Counted from the first letter of the stretch, positions 1 through 19,937 are shown. The stretch: DNA of 56,707 bases from Reclinomonas americana ATCC 50394 (GCA_048213135.1 PS015044.1:109604-166310); one strand, 5' to 3'. Notes: generated by a model not told the origin, from the letters alone. A program made the numbers and translations.

Positions 1-3000
1 ACCTGCCACATTCGAGCGCAAACTGGTGCCATTGATGTTGAACGATGCTTGATTCGTGCCACCCGTGATGGTGTACGTCAGGGTCTGACCCGTGTTGACA
101 TCTGTCGACGCAAGCGTGCCGATCACGCCATTCAGCGCGAGTGGAGGCGTGAATGTCGATGAAGACAGGGTCGGCGCAGTCGGATTCACGTTTGCTGCCG
201 TGGTCAATCGAATGAGTCAGAGAGCAAACACATAACATCACTCACAAATTCTCGCGCTCACCTTCGTTGATGGTGAAAGTTGTCGTCGCCGTCAGCGTCC
301 CGTCACTGACGCGCACAATCACTTGCAATCCGTTGCCCGTGAGGCCGGCCACATTCGATCGCAGACTGGTTCCACTGATGTTGAAGGAGGCTTGATTCGT
401 GCCGCCCGTGATGGTATACGTCAGAGTCTGACCGGTGTTGGGGTCGGTCGAAGCCAGAGTGCCGATCACGCCATTCAGAGCCAAAGGCGGTGTGTATGTG
501 GACGGTGAGAGTGTTGGTGCCGTCGGTGCAACATTGACTGTGTATCACAAAACAGAATTAATCACGACACACATACTACTCTGTCTTTGAAAGTTCTAAA
601 GCACAACGCACCTTCGCTGATGGTGAATGTGGCACTCGCTGTGCCACCTGCTCCATCACTCACTTGTACAATCACTTGCAGATTGTTGCCGGTGAGACCA
701 GCCACATTCGACCGCAGACTGGTGCCACTAATGTTGAACGAAGCCGAGTTGGCACCACCGGTGATGGTGTACGTCAGTGTTTGACCCGTGTTTGCGTCGG
801 TCGACGCCAGAGTGCCGATTGCGCCATTCAGCGCGAGCGGAGGCGTGTACGTTGACGAAGACAAGGTCGGCGCAGTGGGGTTAACATTGACTGTGACGCG
901 CGATGAGTACGCACAACCCAGCAACACGAGTAGGAATCAACAAGTACCTTCGCTGATGGTAAATGTCGTGGTTGCCGTTCCGCCTGCTCCATCGCTCACT
1001 TGAACAATCACTTGCAGACTGCTGCCCGTCAGACCAGCGACGTTGGAACGGAGACTCGTGCCGCTGATGTTGAACGACACCGCGTTTGCGCCGCCCGATA
1101 TTGTGTACGTCAGTGTCTGACCAGTGTTGATATCTGTCGACGCCAGAGTGCCGATCACGCCGTTCAGAGCCAAAGGCGGAGTGTATGTGGATGGAGAGAG
1201 CGTCGGAGCAGTCGGCGCCACATTGGCTATGAGGGAAAAAAGGCAACATTGTTAACTAAAAAGACGTACTGAGCTAAAAAAGGACTACTCAAAATGCACC
1301 ACAATGTGATCAAGGCTAGGAGCAGATAAAGGGAAGATGGGATTGCAGAACAAAATAGAGAGAGAGAGAGAGAGCGACGAAGGAAAGGAGAGATAGAGTG
1401 AGAAAGAGAGAGAGAGAGAGGAGAAGAAGAAGTAGAAGAGGAAGAAGAAATGAAAGTGACGTTGAAGACAGACTGAAGAAGGAATAGAGAGTGTGAAGAA
1501 ACAAGAAAGAGAGAGAGAGAGAGAAATAGGAAGAGAGAGAGAGAGTGAAGAAGGGAGAGAGAAGAAGGAAGAAATGAAATTGACGTTGAAGAAGGAATAG
1601 AGAGTGTGAAGAAAGAAGAAAGTGAGAGAGAGAGAGAAAGAGAGAGAGAGAAATAGGAAGAGAGAGAGAGAGAGAGAGAGAAGAAGGAGAGAGAGTAGAA
1701 GAAGGAGAGAACGTGAGCGAAGGAGAGAGAGAGAGAGAGACAGTGAGCGATTGAAGAAAAGCGGCAGAGCAGTAATCAGATGAATTACTTGCTTTCTCAA
1801 GACGAGGGAGTGCGCGTAGTAATGCAAGGACCGATGTAATTGCCAAACAAGAACACGGACCTTCGTTGATGATAAACGTCACACTTGCCGTACCACCAGC
1901 ACCGTCGCTCACTTGAACGGTGACCTGGAGATTGTTGCCGGTGAGGCTGGCAACATTCGAACGGAGACTGGTACCACTGATGTTGAACGAAGTCGAGTTC
2001 GTGCCACCCGTGATGGAGAAAGTCAGCGTCTGGCCAGTATTGACGTCCGTCGACGACAGTGTGCCGATCACCGCGTTCATGGTCAACGGTGGAGTGTACG
2101 TGGTTGGCGACAAGGATGGCAACGTAGGGTTCACGTTCGCTGACATGGTCACAACGAATGAGTCAGAGAGCAAACACATAACATCAATCACAAATTCTCG
2201 CACACACCTTCGTTGATGGTGAAGGTTGTCGTTGCCGTCAGCGTTCCATCACTGACGCGCACAATCACTTGCAACCCGTTGCCCGTGAGGCCGGCCACAT
2301 TCGATCGCAGACTGGTTCCACTGATGTTGAAGGAGGCTTGATTCGTGCCGCCCGTGATCGTGTACGTCAGCGTCTGACCGGTGTTGGGGTCGGTCGAAGC
2401 CAGTGTGCCAATCACGCCATTCAGAGCCAAAGGCGGAGTGTATGTGGATGGTGAGAGTGTTGGTGCCGTCGGCGCAACATTAACTGTAACACAGAACAGA
2501 ATTGATTACGACACATATACTTCGCGGTCGTTGAAAGTTGTGGATCACAACGCACCTTCGCTGATGGTGAATGTGGCGCTTGCCGTTCCACCAGCTCCAT
2601 CGCTCACTTGCACGATGACTTGCAGATTGTTCCCCGTGAGACCAGCCACATTCGAGCGGAGACTGGTACCACTGATGTTGAACGAAGCCGAGTTGGTGCC
2701 ACCGGTGCTTGAGAAAGTCAGCGTCTGGCCAGTATTGGGGTCGGTTGAGGCCAGTGTGCCAATCACTCCATTCAGCGCTAGTGGCGGTGTGTAGGTGTTG
2801 CTGGACAGCGTCGGCGCAGTCGGATTTTGGTTCACTGCGCGGCAGAGCGATGAGATACAGTTGTAAAAAAAATATATCGCAGAAACGTAGTTACCTTCGC
2901 TGATGGTGAACGTCGTGCTCGCCGTTCCGCCTGCTCCGTCGCTCACTTGAACAATCACTTGCAGACTGCTGCCCGTCAGACCAGCGACGTTGGAACGGAG

Positions 3001-3173
3001 ACTCGTGCCGCTGATGTTGAACGAAGCCTGATTCGTGCCGCCGGTGATCGTGTACGTGAGGGTCTGGCCAGTATTGGGGTCAGTCGACGACAGCGTGCCA
3101 ATCACTCCGTTCAAAGCCAAAGGCGGAGTGTATGTCGACGACGATAAAGTGGGAGCAGTGGGTGGCGTATTCG
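1..3173 (-). repeat. Exon-intron tandem array (unit about 340-350 bp) of cadherin-like domains, 8 units visible
   Basis: Recurrent 279/276-nt exons ending ..ATC AGC/AAC GAA G|GT and starting AG|xx AAY, separated by 57-74 nt introns (one 634-nt intron at 1860-1227 filled with GA/CT microsatellite). Confidence 0.93.
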
Positions 3174-5448
3174 CTACGCAGCAATAAATAATGGTAAGAA
3201 ACGGCAGTGACATTCATGGAGCGAGCGCGGCAAGATGACACGCACTGACTGTGAGACTTGCGGCGCCAACGGCCTGGTACGAGCCAGTCGATGGCCTGGT
3301 TGAGGGAGAAGGGTGAGCAACAGAGAGAGAGGGAGGAAAGGAGAAGGAGACAGAAAGGAGGGTAGAAGGAAGGAAAGGAGGGATCGAGGGATTGTAGAAG
3401 AGGAAGGAGAGGAGAGTGGAGAAGAAGGAAACAGAGAAGCAGGAAGGGAGAAAGATGAAACGCACAGAGCGGAGAAGCGGTACACAGATACGAGAGGGGG
3501 GAGGAGGGGAGGGAGAGAAGGATGAGGAAGAAGGAGGAGAGGAACGCGTATGACAGATGGCTATGGAGATGGACAACGAAGGGAGACGGGGGGTGAGTGG
3601 GAAATGAAAGATGAGAGAAAAAGGGGGGAAAGGATGAGAAGCAGAAGGACATAGAAAATGAAAAGGGGGAAGAGAGGTGACGTAAAAAGAAGAGGAAAGA
3701 AAGAAGGGAGAGACGAATGGAGATGGATAAGAGAAGGAAGACGGGGAGTGGATTGGGAAGCATGCAAGGGAGAAGGATGGGACGCGCAGAGCGGAGAAGT
3801 GGTACACAGATAACGAGAGGGGGGAGGGAGTGAGGAAGAAGGAAAGGGAGAAACAAGTAAGGAGAGACGCAGGTAGTGAAGAAAAGGGATATGGAGAACG
3901 AGAAGGGAACAAGGACTAGGGCACGAACGGAGAGGGATAAAGAAGCAAGACGACGAGTGAGTGGGAAGACAAGGATGAGAGAAACAGGGAGAAAGGATGA
4001 GGACAACGAGAATGAGAAGGGGGGAGATGGATTGAGAAGGAAGACAGGGAGTGAGTGGGGAAGGAGGAAGAAGAGAAACAGGGAGAAAGCATGAGACGCA
4101 GAGAGGAGTCGCGGGAATTTAGCAACGATGGGAGAGGAGAATGGTGAATGCAATGAGTAAGCGCGAGGGGCGAGAAGCGAGAGAGACGTAAAAATGAGGA
4201 AGGGAAAACGGATGAAGCTGAAGCATATCAGAGTTAAAGTGGAGAAAAAGTAAAAAGCAAGAAAGAAAGAGAGAGAAAGGTAAATGCTGACAGGAGGAAG
4301 GTGAAAGAATAAGTGCCACGACTGAATACGAATGCAGAAGAAAGGGTGCGTGAGAGAGAGAGAGAACGAAAGCGGAAGAAGGCAATACAGAGGGATAGAG
4401 ATTAAGCCTCTTTCCCGAATCGCGAAACCGACAACAACGTACCACCGCGCACAGACTTTGTAGGTTGTACCAGGAGGAATGGACGATGCGTTGACCGTTA
4501 TCACCACCGTAGTAAATGGGGTCACTGGAGCCACCGATGTGGTCGAGCCGACAGCCGTTGGCGACGTGCAGGCGGTGCTGGAGATGATGTAGGCTGCCGA
4601 GTCGCCTGATGCATTCTGCAAGTTGGTACCCGTGACAGTAATCGCCACGCCGCTGACGGAGCCGATCGAAGTTGGCGAGAAGCTGGTGTACGTGGGCGCG
4701 GCAGACACTGTGACTGTCGTAGTCGTCACAGCATTTGTCGATCCCGGCACGGTGAACTTGAGGGAGAACGATCCGGTGCCAGTGATGCCCAAATTCGAAA
4801 AGGTCGCAAGCCCAGACGCATTCGTCGTCGCTGTTGCCGTGCCGCTCACAGACCCAGTACCGCTCTGAATCGCGGCCGTCACGACAACTCCGCTGACCGC
4901 CACACCGGCCGCATCGACGAGCAGGATGATGGGTTGAGTGGCAAAGGCAGAACCGGAGGCAGATGTCGTCGAAGGCTGCGTCTGAATCGACAGCACCGGC
5001 GCTCGGTACCGCACAATGACGATGCCAGAGCCACCGTCACCACCAGAAGCCGCTGGCGCAGTGTTGGCGTCACCTCCGGCGGCACCACCACCACCACCCG
5101 TGTTGGCGGCGCAGTCGCTTCCATTGGCTTTGCCGTTTGGTGCATTTCCACCCACACCGCTTCCGCCAGTACCACCACTACCGCCGGCGAGATCGTAACC
5201 ACCGCCGCCGCCGCCACCGCCGTAGAATGTTGCGGTGCCGCTAATGGAAGATGAGACACCAGGACCACCGTTGCCACCAGAGGTCGACGTGCCGTTCGAA
5301 CCGTTGCCGCCAGCGCCGCCACCGCCGCCTGAGAGTGGGAATAAGGGGGAGGGAAAAGAGGAAAGGGAGGGGGAGGAGAGGGAGGGAGGATGAGAGGGGA
5401 AAGGAGGAGAGGGAGGGGGAGGAGAGGGAGGGGAGAGAAAGGAGAGAA

Positions 5449-5479
<31 letters not shown>

Positions 5480-7450
5480 CGAAGGGGAAGAGACNNNNNN
5501 NNNNNNNNNNNNNNNNNNNNNNNNNNNNNNNNNNNNNNNNNNNNNNNNNNNNNNNNNNNNNNNNNNNNNNNNNNNNNNNNNNNNNNNNNNNNNNNNNNNN
5601 NNNNNNNNNNNNNNNNNNNNNNNNNNNNNNNNNNNNNNNNNNNNNNNNNNNNNNNNNNNNNNNNNNNNNNNNNNNNNNNNNNNNNNNNNNNNNNNNNNNN
5701 NNNNNNNNNNNNNNNNNNNNNNNNNNNNNNNNNNNNNNNNNNNNNNNNNNNNNNNNNNNNNNNNNNNNNNNNNNNNNNNNNNNNNNNNNNNNNNNNNNNN
5801 NNNNNNNNNNNNNNNNNNNNNNNNNNNNNNNNNNNNNNNNNNNNNNNNNNNNNNNNNNNNNNNNNNNNNNNNNNNNNNNNNNNNNNNNNNNNNNNNNNNN
5901 NNNNNNNNNNNNNNNNNNNNNNNNNNNNNNNNNNNNNNNNNNNNNNNNNNNNNNNNNNNNNNNNNNNNNNNNNNNNNNNNNNNNNNNNNNNNNNNNNNNN
6001 NNNNNNNNNNNNNNNNNNNNNNNNNNNNNNNNNNNNNNNNNNNNNNNNNNNNNNNNNNNNNNNNNNNNNNNNNNNNNNNNNNNNNNNNNNNNNNNNNNNN
6101 NNNNNNNNNNNNNNNNNNNNNNNNNNNNNNNNNNNNNNNNNNNNNNNNNNNNNNNNNNNNNNNNNNNNNNNNNNNNNNNNNNNNNNNNNNNNNNNNNNNN
6201 NNNNNNNNNNNNNNNNNNNNNNNNNNNNNNNNNNNNNNNNNNNNNNNNNNNNNNNNNNNNNNNNNNNNNNNNNNNNNNNNNNNNNNNNNNNNNNNNNNNN
6301 NNNNNNNNNNNNNNNNNNNNNNNNNNNNNNNNNNNNNNNNNNNNNNNNNNNNNNNNNNNNNNNNNNNNNNNNNNNNNNNNNNNNNNNNNNNNNNNNNNNN
6401 NNNNNNNNNNNNGAGCGAGGGGGAAGAGCAAGGGGGGAAGAGCAAGGGGGAAGAAATGGCGGAAGAGATGGGGGAAGAGATGGTGGAAGAGATGGGGGAG
6501 ATGGGGGAGATGGGGGAAGAGCGAAGAGAGGGGAGAGCAAATGGAGGAGAGCAAGGGGGAAGAGCAAGAAGGAGAGCAAAGGGGTGAATATAGGGGAAGT
6601 GAAGGCGAGGAAAGGAAAATAAGAGAAAGAGAGAGGGAGAGACGAAGGTAAGATAAAATGGAAACGTGACAGCAGTGGCAGCGAGACAGGAGGTAAAGAG
6701 GCACATAGGTGAGAAACGAAGACCGAGCAATAATAATGCGACGAGTAATCCAGACAGTAGAAAACATCTACATCACATGCCCCATATCCTCGGTGATAAT
6801 CGAACCTCCGGTGCGCGACGAGGTGTTGCCTTGACCACCGTTGCCGCCTTCGCCAGCTGTACCCAGCCCTCCAGCAGCGCTCGTGCCTCCAGGATTACCA
6901 CCACCACTGCCGCCTGTATTACCAGCGGTGTTTCCGCCAGAACCGCCACCACCGCCGCCACCGTTGCACGTCACCACGGCGCCGATAGACGAGTCGCCGC
7001 CGTCCGTGCCGTTGCCGCTGCTGGCGGCTCCCGTACCACCCGCGCCAACAGTAACGGTATACGTCGCGCCAGCAGCCACTGTGTTGGAACCGGAGCGCAC
7101 ACCTCCTCCTCCACCGCCACCGCGACCAAAATAATTGTTTCCGCTGGAAGCTCCGCCGCCGCCACCTCCGCCAGCCACCACCAAGTGCTCGCGATTGATG
7201 CTGCCGGCGGGTATGCTCAGTGTGCCGCTGCTGGTGAATGTGTGCACGGTGTAGGTGAAGCCGCTGGCAACTACGGTGGATATGGTGCCACCGGAGCCGA
7301 GGAGAGTAGTCTGCGCCGAGGCCAGGTCCGACATGGCCACCAGCATGAGCACCAACACGGCCATTGCTGCCACCAATAGCGACGATGGTGGGTGGTGGCG
7401 CGAGGCGAGTCGCGAGCGCGGACGTGCACGCGCGTTGTCACACGAGGTTG
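1..7450 (-). CDS. Giant surface/adhesin-like protein, copy L (hydrophobic leader, Gly-rich domain, Ig-like, IPT-like, cadherin-like repeat array); 3' end runs off the window, true start uncertain
   Basis: Spliced model with GT-AG ends and consistent phase: exons 7450-6806, 5328-4443, 3295-3246, then repeat exons 3173-2895, 2834-2556, 2483-2208, 2139-1861, 1226-948, 890-612, 537-262, 194-<1. Motifs YTVHTFTSSG..VVAGGGGGG..GGSGIVIVRY; LSIQTQPS..QP..D..GLATFSNL; PTYTSFSPTS..TVTGTNL; repeats with IGTL.STD.N..LTYTI.GG....F.I.G..L......V.VSDG. Mirror copy at 38804-56707. Confidence 0.85.
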
Positions 7451-8619
7451 CTGTGGCGCGGGGAGAGTGTGTGTGTGTGAGAGAGAGAAGAGGAGAAACA
7501 GTGTACATGGAAAAGTTAGACAATCGACCGCGGACGAGTGTGCGGGAATCATGCACACTCGCAGAGAAAGGTTGAGAAAGTGTTGTGCAGTGGAGACACG
7601 ACGCGAGGCGAGGGATATCATTGACGGAGTGCAGCGACGGAGATTGGTGGGCAATGAATCAGAGAAAATTAGACACACTGGAAAGAAGTGGTGCAGCATG
7701 AAGGGAACGTGAGGGAGGGAGGAGGATGGAAGGAGGAGGATGGCGGGTGGAGAGCGAGGAAGAGAACGAGCGAGAGAGAGAGAGGATTGCATGTGTCCTC
7801 GAACAATGACATGGGAAACTCAGACAAAAGGAGCGAAACACATGCGTGAGAGGGGAGAGGGGTGAGAGGAGAAGGATGAGGAGGTGGCGGAGTCGTGGAG
7901 AGAAGGAACATAGGAGAGAGAGAGAAAGAGAGGGAGAGATGAGATGACAGAGTTGAGAGAAGATGAATGTGCGTGAGTTTCTGAAAGCGAGAGAGAGTGT
8001 GTGGGAGAGAGGGCGGGAGAGGGGATGAGGAAGGGAGGATGACGAGCGCCTTCCATCCTTTGTGGACACAGACAGGAGATGCACGATGTGCTGGTGCAGC
8101 TTCCGCATCCGCATTTGTCAACCTCTCCCCGAATGTGTGTGCATGCATGATGGATGGACACCGGAGACGCAGGAGGAGGAGGAGGAGAAGAAGAAGAAGA
8201 AGGAGAAAGGGAAGGAGAGGGAGAAGAAGGAGGAGTGTGCGTGTGCCTTAAAACTTATACCTGCAATGAAATCTGGACATGGGATGAGATGCACTTCTCG
8301 TTGGAGAGCACGTAGCCGCATGCGCGCTTGCTATGTGTGTGTTCACAGAGAGAGAAGAACACTCAGAGCGAAGGCAGAGTCGCTCTTCACAGAAGAGAGA
8401 GAGGAGAACAAATGAGGAGTCGATGGAATGGACTGTGGATTCTACTCTTTTCTATGCAGTGCCGTCAACCGCACCGCGGCTTCTTCGTGATACAGTGGGG
8501 GGGTTGGACAACAACGAAATGACTTGAGGTGCGCATTGCCTCCTTTGTCTCTCTCTCTCTCTCTCCATCACACATTGCATTCATTTCCGGTACAACAGAA
8601 TCACATTCACTGTGTGACC
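7451..8619. promoter_or_regulatory. Putative bidirectional promoter/5'UTR region between head-to-head adhesin-like gene and ATPase (may contain an upstream exon)
   Basis: Inferred from divergent gene orientation only; conserved in the mirror arm (37626-38803). No specific promoter motif identified. Confidence 0.4.
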
Positions 8620-15249
<6,630 letters not shown>

Positions 15250-15333
15250 ACAGTGAAGAGTGATGAAGAGAGAAGGGTTTTAGACAACAACAACAGCAAT
15301 TCATTCACCAACACAATGACGACAACAACTTTA

Positions 15334-16037
15334 CTAATCCAAACAGCAACACAGCTGCATGATGATCGCCATCTTGAGTGAGCACCAGAAACTCAGACAT
15401 CACGAAAAAAGAGCGAGAAAAAGTCGAGAAGGCTAATGCTGGCGTTTCTGCAAGAGAAACCACGGCTCATGACAAGCATGGATTTGACGCCGAATTCCAA
15501 AAAGGAATGCAGAAAGATAGCAAGAGGTGTTGGTCTCAGAACACACAAGGAAAACCAAGAAAGCCAGGCAACGTGCAATTGCAAGAAAGTCCGGGAAGGA
15601 GCTAAGGTTGAGTGGTTGTCCAACAAGCAACAGCTGTCTTGATGACCAAGTTCAAGATCAACGTTAACCATATCCAAAACATCAGCACAGAGGCGCAGCA
15701 GGTTCCAAGTGTGTGTGTGTGTTCGCTCTCGGAGCTCCGAACAAGTCGAGAACTGCGATCTACAAGTTTTTCTCGTTTCTTCCAGAGGAACAGCAGTCAC
15801 AACAAACGTAACTATCACTTTTCCCGTGATGTCTGAGTTTCTGGTGCTCACTCAAGATGGTGATCATTATGCAGCTGTGTTGCTGTTTGGATTAGGGTGA
15901 AGATCGCAGTTCTCGACTTGTTCGGAGCTCCGAGAGCGAACACACACACACACAGAACCTGCTGCCTCAAGATTGGTGTCGTTGATGTTTTGGATACGGT
16001 TGAACTTGGTCATCAAGACAGCTGTTGCTTGCTTGTT
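15334..16037. repeat. Two interleaved inverted-repeat pairs (A 15334-15404 / A' 15825-15895; B 15622-15761 / B' 15901-16037)
   Basis: A and A' are 71-nt reverse complements with about 2 mismatches; B and B' are imperfect reverse complements of about 140 nt. Confidence 0.88.
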
Positions 16038-17199
16038 AATGATATTGTTGCAAAAGTCGAATCACCGCAGCGGAAATCCAGCATCTGACAACTTTTGTCG
16101 GATTGTCATGCATTTGTCTCGTCCACGCTCTCTCCTCTCCGAATGAAGCACGTCTCACATAGAGAGACATATCGATGTGCTGACAGCAGTCGATTGTGGC
16201 CAGCCTGGTCGCTGTGAATACTGTCAATCCCGCCACACAAATTCAAAATTTCATTTTCATTTGGCCTCATTTTCAATTTTCTTTCTCTCGAACGCACACA
16301 CCATGTCTGGTCGAGGAGTCCCTCCCCCTGTTGTTGGACGTCCGGTGGTGGCACCGGGAGGTATCATGGTACGTGCTGCACTCCACGTGCACCAACACTG
16401 CTTCTGCGCATGCGCACATGTTCACCAGACGAGAATTCACATCCGTGTCGCACGTGCCCTCAGCCCCGTGGTATGCCACCGCACGGCCAAACCGGCACAC
16501 CAAGCTCGGCAGTGAACAACGGCGGACGTGTCAGCGGCAAGCCATCACAGTGGAACGTGTGATCGCCTGATGTGATTTTTTGTCCGCTGTGCCCTTGCTT
16601 CGCTTCGCTGAAGATGCCCTGGTAAATCATCCTCCTGTTCTCGCATCCTACCGTGTGCACAATGTCGCCAAACTCGCCGCTTTCTTTTGTGCGAAAGAGC
16701 CGCTGCAGATCATGAGGCGGACAATATGTGTTCTTNNNNNNNNNNNNNNNNNNNNNNNNNNNNNNNNNNNNNNNNNNNNNNNNNNNNNNNNNNNNNNNNN
16801 NNNNNNNNNNNNNNNNNNNNNNNNNNNNNNNNNNNNNNNNNNNNNNNNNNNNNNNNNNNNNNNNNNNNNNNNNNNNNNNNNNNNNNNNNNNNNNNNNNNN
16901 NNNNNNNNNNNNNNNNNNNNNNNNNNNNNNNNNNNNNNNNNNNNNNNNNNNNNNNNNNNNNNNNNNNNNNNNNNNNNNNNNNNNNNNNNNNNNNNNNNNN
17001 NNNNNNNNNNNNNNNNNNNNNNNNNNNNNNNNNNNNNNNNNNNNNNNNNNNNNNNNNNNNNNNNNNNNNNNNNNNNNNNNNNNNNNNNNNNNNNNNNNNN
17101 NNNNNNNNNNNNNNNNNNNNNNNNNNNNNNNNNNNNNNNNNNNNNNNNNNNNNNNNNNNNGAGTCAGGAAGCAAGTTTTCTCAAGTACGCAAGCGGTGC

Positions 17200-18281
17200 A
17201 GTGATGATGGTGCGAAACAGTCGCGAAATGAGGTCGCCCTGGTGTGCGGCGCTGAAAAAAGACACTGGCCGTGTGATCAGCACATTGACAAGCTGCGATC
17301 TGGCGCGAAGGAGCACCTGTGCACATGGCGCAAATGCTATTTATCAGTCTCGCGCGACAAGAGATCCAACACGCATACACATTGATTCACAGAAGTCACC
17401 TTGCTGTGCACGAGATGAAACAGCATGAGCGAGCTCTGCGATGAGAACTGCTGAGAGAACATCACAATGGCCCAGTTGATAAGGCCGCGTTTGACACCCT
17501 CCCAGTCGCGTTCTCTGGCAGAGAGACGACAACAGCAGGCACAGCATCGTGGTCAGTCAGCAGCAAACAGTCTCCGCCATGGTCAAGTTGGCGGTGAGGA
17601 CGGAACTCAATGATGGCCGAATTCTGCAACTCCTCCTGCAGCTTGCCCACAATGTTGCCAAGCATCACCGACTCAATCTGACTCGCCGCCGCGCCGACAG
17701 CGGCAAAGAGCACGGCAGTGAGGAGAAGCCACTTCTCCGGACCATAGAATGGCAAGATGCGCCACAACATTCGCAGCGTGTGGAACAAGCCTGCTCCACT
17801 TCTACACGGCTGGCAGCCACAGCAGTTGGTCTCGGACGTCTCCGAATGCCTCAACAGCTGGTCCTCGCCTGCGGGGGCTTCCTGTAGCACGCAGCGAACG
17901 TCGTCAGCATCTTGAACATTCCACACTGCGGTGCGCAGCGCGCGTAACGTTTCCGGCTGCAGCATAATTCGAATCCTCGCCCCCGGAATCGTCACGGCCA
18001 GACTGAGGGGCAGGCGACTCGGGTACGAGTTTGTGGTGCACATATCCGTCTCGATCAGTGCGCAGATGAAGCCGAGTCTTTGAGGCCATGGCGACGGCAA
18101 TCAACGACTGTGTCAACAAGCCAGTGGGGCTCATGCCGACAACCTCCATGTCATGAGTCGGATATGCGAGCACAGCAGCGAGCGACCTTCGACGAGTGCG
18201 CTGTCGATCTTGATCAGCAGGATGCGGCTCCTCCTCACTGAAGCGCATGTACTGCGCTGATGACCCATCGGTGCCCTGCAT
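17200..18281 (-). CDS. ABCB-like transporter, N-terminal exons (copy L; contig probably mis-oriented)
   Basis: Splices to MQGTDG../EAPAG..LWRILPFYGPEKWLLLTAVLFAAVG../ERDWEGVKRGLINWAIV../VLLRARSQLVNVLITRPVSFFSAAHQGDLISRL, with the ABCB TMD FF....G.L.SRL motif. Confidence 0.72.
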
Positions 18282-18519
18282 GGAGTCTCCATGGAGTGAG
18301 GATGAGTTCCACTCGCGGAGAGTTGAGCAGAGAATCNNNNNNNNNNNNNNNNNNNNNNNNNNNNNNNNNNNNNNNNNNNNNNNNNNNNNNNNNNNNNNNN
18401 NNNNNNNNNNNNNNNNNNNNNNNNNNNNNNCTCACTCACTCGCCAACCCCTCCCTCCCTCCCTCCCGCTCTTCTCCCTTCTCTCTCCCTCTCGCACTGCA
18501 CACACTCACTCATTCACTG

Positions 18520-18880
18520 TCAGCAACACAACACTGGAGTCAGCGTAACGCAACAGTTGAAGACAGTCAGATTTCCTAGAGTCAACTCTGATCGAATGAC
18601 CTTCCAGATAAGCAAGAACTGGCTGATTGTTGCCATCGAGCCAGTTACCAACAGACTGAAAATGTTGGCAACCTGGTTGCCGATATACGTGTCAACTGAT
18701 CGCAGCGACAACATCGATGCCCTTTGCAACTGTTGGCACGCACCGTCGAGATTTTCAGAATACCAATGGCCACGCCATAGTGATTCTTCGCACCGGAAAA
18801 GTATCGCTGCGACTCAGAGGCCTCTCGTCCATACGCACGAATACCGCGGATTCTTCGGAGAATGTCATCGGCAATGTCGC
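18520..18880 (-). CDS. ABCB-like transporter, internal TMD exons (contig probably mis-oriented)
   Basis: DIADDILRRIRGIRAYGREASESQRY (coupling-helix-like segment) and VIRSELTLGNLTVF (G.LT.G.L..F-like). Exon boundaries approximate. Confidence 0.65.
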
Positions 18881-18970
18881 ACATTGAACCTTGTGTCTGC
18901 ACATGCACACACAAGCGCAGATGCGAAATGTCACAATCGTTGCACTCGTCNNNNNNNNNNNNNNNNNNNN

Positions 18971-19457
18971 AACAGAATTGCCTTGGCACGCGCTTTCCTG
19001 CGACGGTCGCCGATTTTGGTGATGGATGAGCCCACCAGCGCACTGAATTCAGAGAGCATACAGCTGGTGTACAATGCACTGGAGGCGGTGAGTGGGGGTC
19101 GGCAGTCTGGTGAATTATGCTGGAGCCAGTGTGAGATTTTATCTGTTCACCCCCCATCTCTAGAAGATGACGGATTTCTTTTTCTCGTTTAGCCTTACTT
19201 GGTTAATTCGTCATCTCTCTTGTGATTCTATGTGCGGAAAGGGACCCAAATCTTGCGTTGCTAATTCTCTGCTACAGTACTGCAATGACACCGGAGGAAC
19301 GCTGCTCATAATATCACACATTGCCGTACCCGCGCAGTTGTGCAATTACGTGCTGCGTCTGGAAGCTGGGCACATGCAGCGCATGTCGAGAGAGGAGTAT
19401 GCTGCGCTGACGCAGCAGCAAGAGGGGTCAAGCGATATGCCGGCAGAAGAGATGTAG
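18971..19457 (+). CDS. ABC transporter nucleotide-binding domain, C-terminal exons (copy L)
   Basis: RIALARAFLRRSPILVMDEPTSALN (Walker B/D-loop), GTGAG..CAG intron, then LLIISH (H-loop) and stop. Confidence 0.85.
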
Positions 19458-19937
19458 AATTAGCCTCTCGGGAATGGTATGAAAAGGCAAGATGTGAAGG
19501 TCGTCTAATCATAGTGGCAATTAAACTGCAAGCAGCTCTCTCACCAGCGTTGGCCACCAGAGCACACGGACTGCAAAGAGATGACAATGTAACGCAAGTG
19601 TGATCGGCGCACGCATCTGCACGTCATTGCCGCCGTGCCCGCAATACGCCGCGGTGCGTTGCAGAACAAGTTGCACTACGCGATACAACGATCAAGGGTT
19701 GAGGGTGGAGGAGAGACGCTGATCGATATCACACGCACATTCAGAAGGGGTTGACACATGGATGAAATAAGGCCCTGTTACACGCACCGGCGCCGGGCGG
19801 TAGTTTGATCGTTTTCACGTGCCCTCGCTTCCTTCTCTCTTTCACATGTGTATAGCTCCCACGAGTGTGTCAAGATCTCAGTAATTCGATTGCTGCGGAC
19901 TCTCCCTTCTCAGCGCGCTAGTTGTGCTTTGCTACAC

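Noticed and set aside
242-3213. Many separate 80-130 aa genes, or a frameshifted pseudogene
   Set aside because: Stops and frameshifts fall only inside the introns; splicing gives one continuous frame.
3296-6730. Very long ORFs such as 3080-6730 (1216 aa) and other Ser/Leu/Pro- or Arg/Glu-rich ORFs
   Set aside because: They read through CT/GA low-complexity introns and N gaps; only 5328-4443 is credible coding sequence in this interval.
16036-16735. Short ORFs upstream of the ABC gene (mirrored at 31066-31790)
   Set aside because: No motifs, and indels between the arms alter the frames; more likely promoter/UTR, though a small upstream exon cannot be excluded.
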